From NCBI GenBank assembly GCA_965219455.1, contig OZ244744.1, positions 1,248,001 through 1,312,000 on the forward strand: a stretch of 64,000 nucleotides of DNA, in the 5' to 3' direction. Within the stretch, counting starts at the first letter, position 1. Each line of letters opens with the position of its first letter. Position numbers and translations under genes: made by a program. The notes beneath the pieces are model-generated. The model was given only the letters and a program-made list of their open reading frames with translations. It made no database searches and was not told the origin of the DNA. Of the stretch, positions 1 through 7,974 are shown in pieces. The stretch is from Candidatus Latescibacterota bacterium. Lineage in GTDB: Bacteria; Latescibacterota; UBA2968; GCA-2709665.

Positions 1-312
1 GATATACCGCTGATAGAATTGAACGCCCTCCGTCCACAACACGTCGCACGCACGTTCATCCAGGCAGAATCCATCGTCTGAACCGTGGGTCCCGCGGTGG
101 GCTTCCAGGCGATCGAGGTATGCATCGAGGGCCGACTCATATCCTCTTGGAGACGTGCCGTCGGGTCGACCGGTCATCTCCATCTGCAGGAGGCCCAGTT
201 CGAATCGGACCTGCAGCTTCTCCCGTCCGTCGATTCCCACGATCTTTCTGGCGCAGGTTTTTTGTGGATCGAAAATCCAGCGCTTGAAAATCGGTGATAG
301 ATCCTGCTCCAT
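1..312 (-). CDS. Conserved protein, N-terminal part (probable UvrB/UvrC-motif-containing family); runs off the window edge
   Basis: Own translation from ATG at 312, open to base 1: MEQDLSPIFKRWIFDPQKTCARKIVGIDGREKLQVRFELGLLQMEMTGRPDG...EGVQFYQRYI. Not in the ORF track because it has no stop. Family is recalled from the LQVRxxLGLLQMExxGRPDG motif. Confidence 0.6.
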   Translation of the reverse strand, partial: MEQDLSPIFKRWIFDPQKTCARKIVGIDGREKLQVRFELGLLQMEMTGRPDGTSPRGYESALDAYLDRLEAHRGTHGSDDGFCLDERACDVLWTEGVQFYQRYI

Positions 313-460
313 GGAATACTCCCACACGAACGCCGCGTATAACGATGCACTTCCGGTAAGCGCTGTCTTGGAAGAATATACAAACGGCCTGTGAAAGTCA
401 ACCCGATTCACCGCGGCCCGGCAGGCGTCGTCCGGAATCGGCTTCACAATTTCTTTTATC

Positions 461-489
461 TTGACAAAGAATTCACGGCTCTGTATGTT
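461..489 (+). promoter_or_regulatory. Candidate sigma70 promoter for rsgA
   Basis: TTGACA-17 nt-TATGTT. Confidence 0.5.
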
Positions 490-618
490 CCGCGCCTTGC
501 GAACGCTTCTTCGATGGCGAACATCAACCATAAATCTTCTTTTTACAGCACGTTGGAACGTTGGAACACCCCCTGCGCCCGAAGCGCCATGCAACATCGT
601 CAACGGCCTGGACCTGTT

Positions 619-1578
619 ATGGAGCACACCGAAGGCACCGTCGTCCGCGAACACCGGAGGCACTACCATGTCGCCACCGGAGACCGGGTGGTCGACTGTG
701 GCATCTCCAGCAAATTGCGCAAACAGCTTCAATACCCCGAAGCGGCCCCCGGTTCTCGCCGAAAGCGGGTACAGGCCGTCCGCCGCGCGCGCGTTGTGGA
801 CCCCGTTGCCATTGGTGACCGCGTCCGGATCGATACCGGCGAAGGGAATACCGGTCTGATCCGTGAAGTCCTGCCGAGGCGGAACAAGATCTCACGAAGG
901 GCATCGGGAAGTTCACGGAAAGAACAGATCCTGGCCGCGAACATCGATCAGCTCCTGCCGGTCTTCTCGGTGGCCGAACCGCCGCCCGACTGGAATATGC
1001 TGGACCGTATGCTGGCTGTTGCGGAATGGTGTGAGATACCCGCCGCCATCTGTTTCAACAAACTGGACCTGCCCTGCCCCGCCGCATTCGAGACGTCGGC
1101 TTCGGCCTACGAACAGATCGGATACCCGGTTGTATTCACCAGCATCATTACGGACCGGGGCAAGGAAGAGTTCCTGAGCCTCCTGAGAGGCCGGATTTCG
1201 CTCTTCATGGGGCCTTCGGGAGTCGGCAAATCCAGCCTGCTCAACTGGCTGCAGCCGGGCCTCGAGTTGCGGACGGGCGAAATCAGCGAGACCACCGGGG
1301 CAGGCCGGCACACGACCACCCACACGGAACTGGTCGAACTCGAAACCGGCGGCATGGTCGGCGACCTGCCCGGCGTGAAGGAATATCATCTTTGGGAGAT
1401 AGATCCGGAAGATATCCATGGGCTTTTTCCGGAATTCCGGAGCCTGCCCGGACACTGCCGCTTTCGGAACTGCACCCACGTCCGGGAACCCGGTTGCATC
1501 GTCAAAGATGCAGTGGAACGGGACGAAGTTTCCCTCCAGCGATACGAATCCTACCTCCAGCTCCGACACAATCCCTGA
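619..1578 (+). CDS. rsgA: Ribosome small subunit-dependent GTPase A
   Basis: Circularly permuted GTPase motifs NKLD, GPSGVGKSS, GRHTTT, DLPG and C-terminal Zn site CRFRNCTHVREPGC; start taken at MEHTEG (619). Confidence 0.95.
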   Translation: MEHTEGTVVREHRRHYHVATGDRVVDCGISSKLRKQLQYPEAAPGSRRKRVQAVRRARVVDPVAIGDRVRIDTGEGNTGLIREVLPRRNKISRRASGSSRKEQILAANIDQLLPVFSVAEPPPDWNMLDRMLAVAEWCEIPAAICFNKLDLPCPAAFETSASAYEQIGYPVVFTSIITDRGKEEFLSLLRGRISLFMGPSGVGKSSLLNWLQPGLELRTGEISETTGAGRHTTTHTELVELETGGMVGDLPGVKEYHLWEIDPEDIHGLFPEFRSLPGHCRFRNCTHVREPGCIVKDAVERDEVSLQRYESYLQLRHNP

Positions 1579-1582
1579 CACC

Positions 1583-2644
1583 TTACCCGTATTTCTCCCG
1601 CAGAATTCGCGCTGCTCTTGACTCGTTGCACAGCTTCGCGTAAGCCTCTTCAACGGGGATTTCGGCCGCGTTACCTGGCGCGAAGCCGCAGTCGGGATTC
1701 AGGCAAACCTGGTCGGGGCGCAGGAATTCCAGAGCCTGTTCCACGCGATGCACAATCGCATCGACGGAATCGATCTGCGGAGACCTGCAGTCCACACAAC
1801 CCAGTCCCACCTGCCGGTCCTGCGGGATGTGTTTCAGCACGTCCAGATCTCCCGCAACGGGAACGGTGAATTCCATCACGTATTGATCCACGTTGAGTCG
1901 TCGCAACGCGGGCAGAATCGGTCCGTAACCGCCCTGACCAACCCATCCGGCCCGGCCCTTGTTTCTCCGGCACAGATGCAACGCCACGGCCAATCCCTCA
2001 ACGCCATCCACGATCTGGTTCAGGAGATCCACGCAGAGTTCCATCTCCCGATCCGGATTTTCGTACCTCCCGCGCACACGGCGGTCCACAAACAGACAGA
2101 GATGCGGATCGTCGAACTGAACCACGTCGGCGCCCGCGTCCCGCAGCAGAAGCAGTTCGCCCCGCAGAATCGGTACGAGCGCGCGCATAAACGCCTCGCG
2201 AGTGGGATACGCGTTACGCGATCGCTCCGGATGCCACATGCGCTGGCCCAGCAGATATGGAGAGGGCAGGCACACTTTGATCGCTTTGCGGGTCCGCGCC
2301 CTCAGATATTTCGCCTCCGCAGCGGCGAGACCCCTCGTTTTCACCTCCACAGGTTCCACCACCGTGTGCCACCAGAGTCCTTCTTTCCGTTCCCGCACGA
2401 ATCCATCCGCCACGTCCGCGATAATGCCGATATAGGACCGGCGCCGGTACTCGCCGTCGGAGACGACATCCAACCCGGCGGCCTCCTGCAGCGCCAGCAC
2501 GTAGTCCACGGAGGCATCCATCCTCTCGGAATACTCCGACGGATCGTCGGGCGCTTTATCGGGGTCCAGAAGGTCGCGCACAAACTGCGACCGCGGCATG
2601 CTTCCCACAACGCCTGCCGGAAAGAGAACGGGGTTGCCGACCAT
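1583..2644 (-). CDS. Cobalamin-independent methionine synthase II family (single-domain MetE-like)
   Basis: VGSMPR, QEAAGLDVVSDGEYRR, QFDDP, Zn ligands HLC...E...NPDCGF. Confidence 0.88.
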   Translation of the reverse strand: MVGNPVLFPAGVVGSMPRSQFVRDLLDPDKAPDDPSEYSERMDASVDYVLALQEAAGLDVVSDGEYRRRSYIGIIADVADGFVRERKEGLWWHTVVEPVEVKTRGLAAAEAKYLRARTRKAIKVCLPSPYLLGQRMWHPERSRNAYPTREAFMRALVPILRGELLLLRDAGADVVQFDDPHLCLFVDRRVRGRYENPDREMELCVDLLNQIVDGVEGLAVALHLCRRNKGRAGWVGQGGYGPILPALRRLNVDQYVMEFTVPVAGDLDVLKHIPQDRQVGLGCVDCRSPQIDSVDAIVHRVEQALEFLRPDQVCLNPDCGFAPGNAAEIPVEEAYAKLCNESRAARILREKYG

Positions 2645-2645
2645 A

Positions 2646-3392
2646 TTACCATTCCTTTCGCGCAATCTCGAAATCCTGATTCGTATCGATCTCCATATAT
2701 CCGCCCTCCGTTTCCAACAGATGCATCGGGACCCTGGCATCCAGCATCTCCTGGTACAGGTCGATCAGATACGCTTTCTGAAAGGAAAGGGCCGATTGGA
2801 ACGGGCGGCCGTCGTACAGGGTCCTCGCACAGTGGAAGGCGTCGCGTAGCTGCACGGTCCCCTCTCTCCCGAAACGGGCAATGCCCGTATACTCGCCGTG
2901 GGCGATCTCGCCGGGTACGTTCCGGCCGATTGCAACGACCCGGTTGCTCACGGAGGCCATCTTTTCCGCATCGTTCTCGGGATGCTCGGACCGTTTCCGA
3001 TATCTTGCACGCCAGGCCGTGTCGCACACCAGAGTAATCTCGTGCGCACTATCCGTCAGATTCAGGACGATCTCAGGCCTGTATAGGATATCGGAATACG
3101 CGCAGACGAAACCGTCGTCCATATGGAACTCCGCGTGCATCAGGGACATCAGGATATTGTTATTGGGCCAGTCAGCGTTGTGACAATACGTAAGACCCGG
3201 ATATTCGGTCTGCACCTGCTCGATGCGGTAGCCCCCGACAAACACGATATCGTGCAACCCGGCCGACCGCAAAGCGTCGAGGCCCCAATCCAGAATGCGC
3301 CGGCCTTTTACTTCCGCAAGACATTTCGGCGCGTTTTCGGTGTGAGGCATCAATCGAATTCCTCGACCCGCGCCGATGATAATCGCTTTCAA
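2646..3392 (-). CDS. Sugar/phosphocholine nucleotidyltransferase (LicC-like NTP transferase)
   Basis: KAIIIGAGRGIRL...PKCL, YSD, EIDTNQD; TTG start after a GGAG RBS. Confidence 0.85.
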   Translation of the reverse strand: MKAIIIGAGRGIRLMPHTENAPKCLAEVKGRRILDWGLDALRSAGLHDIVFVGGYRIEQVQTEYPGLTYCHNADWPNNNILMSLMHAEFHMDDGFVCAYSDILYRPEIVLNLTDSAHEITLVCDTAWRARYRKRSEHPENDAEKMASVSNRVVAIGRNVPGEIAHGEYTGIARFGREGTVQLRDAFHCARTLYDGRPFQSALSFQKAYLIDLYQEMLDARVPMHLLETEGGYMEIDTNQDFEIARKEW

Positions 3393-3409
3393 CGATTGAA
3401 CTCCTTCCG

Positions 3410-4357
3410 CTATAAAATGCGGGATAAAAAAAACGCCAGAAAACGACCGGCGTCCACGTCCATCGCGCATCTCACCGGCCAACCCTTCCTATGTTCCTCC
3501 TTCGAGAACGGCCGCCGGTCCACAACCACCTGCCCCGCAATCAGATCTCCCTCTGACTCCACGTCCGCATAAACCGTCTTGATGCAGAAGAGAGATGGAT
3601 CGATCGCCAGCCCCACCGCCATCGGATCGTGCAGATAGAAATGACGCCGGTTCCGGACCCGCAAAGCGTGTTCCATGGCCGGCCGCACCGCGTCTTTCAC
3701 AAAGCGACCCGCGGGCGTTGCCGGTATGCCATCAAGATGCGATGTTTCCAATGCCACCCGATGGGTCACGTCCAGAGGCGCCATCGTAACACTTGCGCCG
3801 GAACGCATGACCTGCCTCGCGGCGTCGGGATCGGCGAAGAAATTGAACTCCGCCGCAGGCGTCACGTTACCGGGCTCGTCGACCGCGCCTCCCATCACGC
3901 ACACCTCCCGGGCTTTTTTCAACACCCCCGGGGCCCGCGCTTCCGCCAGGGCCAGGTTGGTCAGCGGCCCCACGGCGATCAACGTCACCTCCCCCGGCCG
4001 GGCCGAGAGGGTCTCAACCAAAAACGGAACCGCGTCACCCGAAGGCGAACGGCCGGGCAGCGGCAACGCGGAATCCCCCAATCCTCGAGGCCCGTGCACC
4101 TCGGTTGCGTATACGGCTTCTCTCCTCAGGGGACGTTTCGCGCCCGTGTAAACCGGGACATCGTTACGTTCCAGCAATGCCAGCACTTTCAGTGCGTTCC
4201 CGGTTCCAATGTCCAGCGGCACGTTGCCACTTACTGTGCAGATGCCCAGCACCGCCAGTTCGGGGGATCCCAGCGCCAGCATCATCGCCAGGGCGTCGTC
4301 CACGCCCGGATCCGCGTCCAGAATCACCGGCCTTCTGTCCGATGGCTCAAACCCCAT
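3410..4357 (-). CDS. Nucleoside hydrolase (IUNH family)
   Basis: DADPGVDD, VHGPRGLG, GPLTN, AEFNFFADP, LHDP motifs. Confidence 0.93.
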   Translation of the reverse strand: MGFEPSDRRPVILDADPGVDDALAMMLALGSPELAVLGICTVSGNVPLDIGTGNALKVLALLERNDVPVYTGAKRPLRREAVYATEVHGPRGLGDSALPLPGRSPSGDAVPFLVETLSARPGEVTLIAVGPLTNLALAEARAPGVLKKAREVCVMGGAVDEPGNVTPAAEFNFFADPDAARQVMRSGASVTMAPLDVTHRVALETSHLDGIPATPAGRFVKDAVRPAMEHALRVRNRRHFYLHDPMAVGLAIDPSLFCIKTVYADVESEGDLIAGQVVVDRRPFSKEEHRKGWPVRCAMDVDAGRFLAFFLSRIL

Positions 4358-5858
4358 ACAACGGCCCGAATTTCGCCTTCAAATGCGCCATCAACGCCCG
4401 GTGGTCCAGGGGTTTTCCCGTGACCTTTTCCACCAATTCAGGAGCCGTGTAGTGTTTCCCTTGCCGATGGATTCTGTCCCTCAGCCACCCCAGCAGCGGG
4501 CTGAACCCGCCTTCGGCAAACTGTCTGTCGAGATCGCCCAGATCCCTGCGTGCGGCTTCGAAAAACTGAGCGGCGTAGAGGTTGCCCAGCGTATAGGTCG
4601 GGAAGTATCCGATCAATCCGGCGCTCCAGTGAACGTCCTGCAGACATCCGCGCGCATCGTCAGGCGGCTTCAATCCGAAGTCCCGCTCGAACCGCTCGTT
4701 CCACGCAACCGGGACGTCGGCTACCGGAAGATCGCCCTCCACGAGCGCTTCCTCCAGCGCGAATCGCAATAGGATATGCAGATTATAGGTCGTCTCGTCC
4801 GCCTCCACCCGGATGAACGACGGCCGCGCGTCGTTGACCGCGAAATAAAACGACTCCAGAGAAACGCCCGCCAGCGCGGTTGAAAATACATCCTGCGCCT
4901 TCGGGAAGAAATGCGCCCAGAACGCCCGGCTGCGTCCCACGAAATTCTCCCACATCCGCGACTGCGACTCGTGAATACCCAGGGACACGGCTTCGGCCAT
5001 CGGGGTCCCCGCGTGCGCGGCGTCCAGTCCCTGGTCATAGAGTCCGTGGCCCGCTTCGTGCAGCGTCCCGAAGAAAGCCTGCGCAAACCGGTTGCGGTCG
5101 TACCGGGTCGTTATCCTTGTGTCACCCGGCCCGATCCCCGTGCAGAACGGATGCACCGTCTCATCCAGCCGCCCGCGCTCGAAGTCGAACCCGATGGCTT
5201 CTGCCGCGGCGATGCCGAACTCAGTTTGTTCCGGCACGGGATAGTCGCGGGTCAGAACCGACGCCCGAGGCGCCCGCCCCGAATCCACGATCGCCGCCAC
5301 CAACGGCGCCAGTTCGTCTCGGAGCGCGCCGAATATTTTTTTGAGATTGTGAGACGTTTCTCCGGGCTCAAATCGATCCAGAAGCGCATCGTAGGCTGTC
5401 CCTCCTGTCCTGAGCGCCGCGGCCACCTCACGCGTGAGCCGCACCACCTCCTCCAGGTGCGGCCGGAACCGCTCGAACGCCGAGTCCGCCCGCGCCTCCT
5501 GCCAGGCCTGTTCAGCCAGCGTCGTCGCCTTCGCAAGCGCCTCCACCAGAGATTTCGGCAACTTCGTCCTTCTGTCGTATTCCCGCCGGATTTCCCTGAC
5601 GTTTACGGCACGCGCCGATTCCGGCTGAAAATCCCCACCACCCTCCTCGACGCGCGACAGCAATTCCCCCACCTCGGGCGCCGTTGCCCGCTCGTGTGCC
5701 ATCCCGGCAAGGAGGGCATGCTGTTCGGCGCGGTGTGCGGCGCCGCCACGCGGCATATAGGTGCGTTCGTCCCACCCCAGCACGGCCGCGCAGGACTCCA
5801 GCAGATTCAATTCCTTCCATCGACCGATGAGATCCTCGTAAGCCCGCTGAGTGAACAT
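4347..5858 (-). CDS. Carboxypeptidase, family M32
   Basis: HPF, DTRITT, HEAGH, HESQS, IRVEADE, GCLQDVHW, GYFPTY motifs. Confidence 0.96.
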   Translation of the reverse strand: MFTQRAYEDLIGRWKELNLLESCAAVLGWDERTYMPRGGAAHRAEQHALLAGMAHERATAPEVGELLSRVEEGGGDFQPESARAVNVREIRREYDRRTKLPKSLVEALAKATTLAEQAWQEARADSAFERFRPHLEEVVRLTREVAAALRTGGTAYDALLDRFEPGETSHNLKKIFGALRDELAPLVAAIVDSGRAPRASVLTRDYPVPEQTEFGIAAAEAIGFDFERGRLDETVHPFCTGIGPGDTRITTRYDRNRFAQAFFGTLHEAGHGLYDQGLDAAHAGTPMAEAVSLGIHESQSRMWENFVGRSRAFWAHFFPKAQDVFSTALAGVSLESFYFAVNDARPSFIRVEADETTYNLHILLRFALEEALVEGDLPVADVPVAWNERFERDFGLKPPDDARGCLQDVHWSAGLIGYFPTYTLGNLYAAQFFEAARRDLGDLDRQFAEGGFSPLLGWLRDRIHRQGKHYTAPELVEKVTGKPLDHRALMAHLKAKFGPLYGV

Positions 5859-5973
5859 CAGTTACTCCCTTTGTTACGTACCGGGAACCACCTCAAAAGC
5901 CATCGCAATCTAAACCTCCCCATGCCGTCGGTCAAGCGGAATCCGGATATACACCATGGCCCCTGGCTTAACG

Positions 5974-6002
5974 TTGACAATCCTTCCCTGACGAGATATA
6001 TT
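5974..6002 (+). promoter_or_regulatory. Candidate sigma70 promoter for the selenoprotein gene
   Basis: TTGACA-17 nt-TATATT, 75 nt upstream of the ATG. Confidence 0.6.
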
Positions 6003-6076
6003 AAAATGACATTTGAAAGCAACACACCGTTCGGCCCAATACCGGTTTCCACCCGAAGACGTCAAGGAGGCGCCAC

Positions 6077-6313
6077 ATGCCCAAAATCGACATTGAATAC
6101 TGCGCGGCCTGAGGCTACGAAGATCAGACCGTCAGTTTGACGGACAGACTCCTGAGAGAGTTCAAGCAGGATATCGAAGGCTTCACACTCATTCCCTCCG
6201 GCGGTGGACGTTTTGAAGTCACCATCGACGGCGAACTCGCCTTTTCCAAAATAAAAGAGGGCCGCTTTCCCGAGTACGAAGAAATACAGCCCGAAATAGC
6301 GAAACGTATCTAA
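6077..6313 (+). CDS. SelT/SelW/SelH (Rdx family) selenoprotein, CxxU motif, 78 aa
   Basis: AGGAGG RBS, then MPKIDIEYCAA-(TGA 6110-6112)-GYEDQTVSLTDRLLREFKQDIEGFTLIPSGGGRFEVTIDGELAFSKIKEGRFPEYEEIQPEIAKRI-TAA. The TGA is at the second Cys/Sec of the Rdx motif; GGxFEV...FSK...RFP is family-typical. Confidence 0.92.
6129..6143 (+). promoter_or_regulatory. Candidate bacterial SECIS apical stem-loop
   Basis: CCGTCA-GTT-TGACGG perfect stem; the G-containing loop is about 23 nt after the UGA. Confidence 0.65.
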
Positions 6314-6334
6314 GCAATCGTCCAACAAAATAAG

Positions 6335-6372
6335 GGGTCGAGGGCGCTCACGAACGCCGTCGGCCCTTTTCT
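6335..6372 (+). terminator. Intrinsic terminator-like hairpin, same family as those following the array genes
   Basis: GGGTCGA...TCGGCCC followed by TTTT. Confidence 0.55.
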
Positions 6373-7139
6373 ATTTCCCCAAACGGCTTCGTCAGGCCAA
6401 ACAGTATGCATTTAGGTGGTGGAGGTGGTCCGGTCTGCCGGATGCCGTACGCCTGTGGCGATCGAAGACAACCGATTGCATCACAAGAGCCACCAGCCTC
6501 ATAGACGGTCAGTTCGCGAGTTCCTTCCGGTCCTTCCGTAAGTCAGCGAGACCCACGCACAAGCCCAAAGATGTACCTGCGACGATTTTCGTCTTCCCGC
6601 GTGATTCTGGATCTATTTTGTCGTTTGGCGAAATCCTCAAGGCAAAATACGGGAATTATGCGACCCCAGATCGGAAAAAGCGCTGGCTGGGACGAATTTC
6701 TGAATCATAGGGAAACTTTCGGTGTTGACATCTCTTAGTCTTTGAATTAACCTACCCTCGAATTTACGGTATTAAATACAATATTTACGTTAATATATCT
6801 CATCTCCTGCATATAGAAGCGTCGTGGACGATCTTACTGGGGTCCCAAAGAGCCTCAGCGCCACCCGTGGACGCGGGAAGGTGTCGTGTCGGGAAGCGTT
6901 CGCAGCAGGTGATCGCCTGCACAAGCCTTTCACGGCGCTCACAGACCTGGCCGCCGTCGGAAAGGTATTGATATGGTAATACAGGCCGTTAAGCGCGTGG
7001 CGCCTATGTGTCTACGTGATTAACCGGGCCGCGGGGCAAATGTTGGAATCACACGTAGCAGGGTGGGAGCGGTCAAGCGGTGCCGCCAAGGGCGGGCATC
7101 CTCCACCGCAAGGGCAACCACACGACGGCAGAGGTGGCA

Positions 7140-7892
7140 ACCGAACTGCCGGCATTGCCCTGCCGCTCCCACGACGCCGGATCGTTTACTGCCACGTGGG
7201 ACGGGACGGACGCGTTAGGCAGGCGCGTGGCCAGCGGCATTCATCCATATCGGATACAGGCGAGCGAATTCTCGGCGTCCATGCAGATGGGGCAAGTACT
7301 ATTTTTAGTTGACATATCAGAGGCGTTCAGTCAGCGGCGAAAGCGTCTTGGGTGTCAAAATCGAGCTTCAGTTCTTTGCGTAGGGCAAGTCTGAGTACGG
7401 GAAGAAAGCGGAACCCTTTGATCCTCCGCAATCGAGGCTCGATATCCAGCAGAGCGGTAGCCAACCATCGGTAGCGCTGATCGGAGTTGTTCCATCGCTT
7501 GACATTACGGGTGCGCTGTGCGACCATCGCGTTGACGGATTCGATACAGTTGGTGGTGCGAAAGGATTGCTTGAGTTGCGGCATCAGTCCCAGGCGATGC
7601 AGGGTGAGGGTTTGTTCGAGCCCCTCCTCCAGACTATTCAGGGCCGATGCATTCATCAACGCCAGGGAGGGTTTGAGGGCCTCCAGCGCTTCTCCCAAGA
7701 CCGGGCTGCAGTCAAACCGACATCCGTATTCAACTTGACTTCACCGGCGTTCGATGATACTTTCCGCATCACAGGCTCCTTTGGTTGAGGATACAGTTTC
7801 CTTTGGCGGGTTGCTGTATCCAATCTACATCGGAGCCTCTTCTATTTCAACTAAGATAGGCACATTGCCTGCAAATGTTGCCGTTGAAGTAG
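7140..7892 (+). pseudogene. Remnant of a FlgD-Ig-like C-terminal domain, interrupted by an IS256 derivative
   Basis: AGSFTATWDGTDALGRRVASGIHPYRIQASEFSASMQM; after removing the IS the frame continues LPLK-TAG (7878-7892), the typical ...KMLLLK terminus. Confidence 0.7.
7290..7869 (-). mobile_element. Internally deleted IS256-family element (~580 bp)
   Basis: Imperfect TIRs (GGCAAGTACTATTTTTAGTTGACATA vs revcomp GGCAATGTGCCTATCTTAGTTGAAATA); flanks TGCAGATG/TGCAAATG (8-bp, 1 mismatch). Transposase C-terminus 7327-7698 (SLEEGLEQTLTLHRLG...TTNCIESVN...RWLATALL). RBS and ATG at 7769 with a short N-terminus in another frame. Confidence 0.85.
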
Positions 7893-7974
7893 GTGCGGCC
7901 GGGCGACGGACTTACGGTTTAGTCACAGTTAATCCCTGTAATCATAGTTAATCATAGTCCGGGAGGATTTTCAG

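Noticed and set aside
391-618. Long N-terminal extensions given by the ORF track (rsgA; also 32869, 42347, 45394, 2740, 3482 starts)
   Set aside because: Family homology, RBS or promoter positions favour the downstream starts used here
1748-3037. Long antisense or alternative-frame ORFs (also 4911-6140, 12634-13806, 33013-34308, 36543-37799, 52424-53533, 56668-58101)
   Set aside because: They overlap well-supported genes on the opposite strand; expected shadows in high-GC DNA, with no recognisable motifs
6062-6328. 88-aa minus-strand ORF in the track
   Set aside because: Antisense shadow of the selenoprotein gene, which has promoter, RBS and family motifs on the plus strand
6410-6760. Possible gene or ncRNA in the gap after the selenoprotein
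   Set aside because: No ORF of credible length or recognisable RNA motif on either strand
6855-6955. Possible cobalamin riboswitch (GCCAC...GGGAAGG...AGACCTGGCC)
   Set aside because: The 5' core (GGGAA..GGTG.AA.TCC...GCCC...ACTGT) is missing and no B12-related gene follows; an Infernal search would settle it
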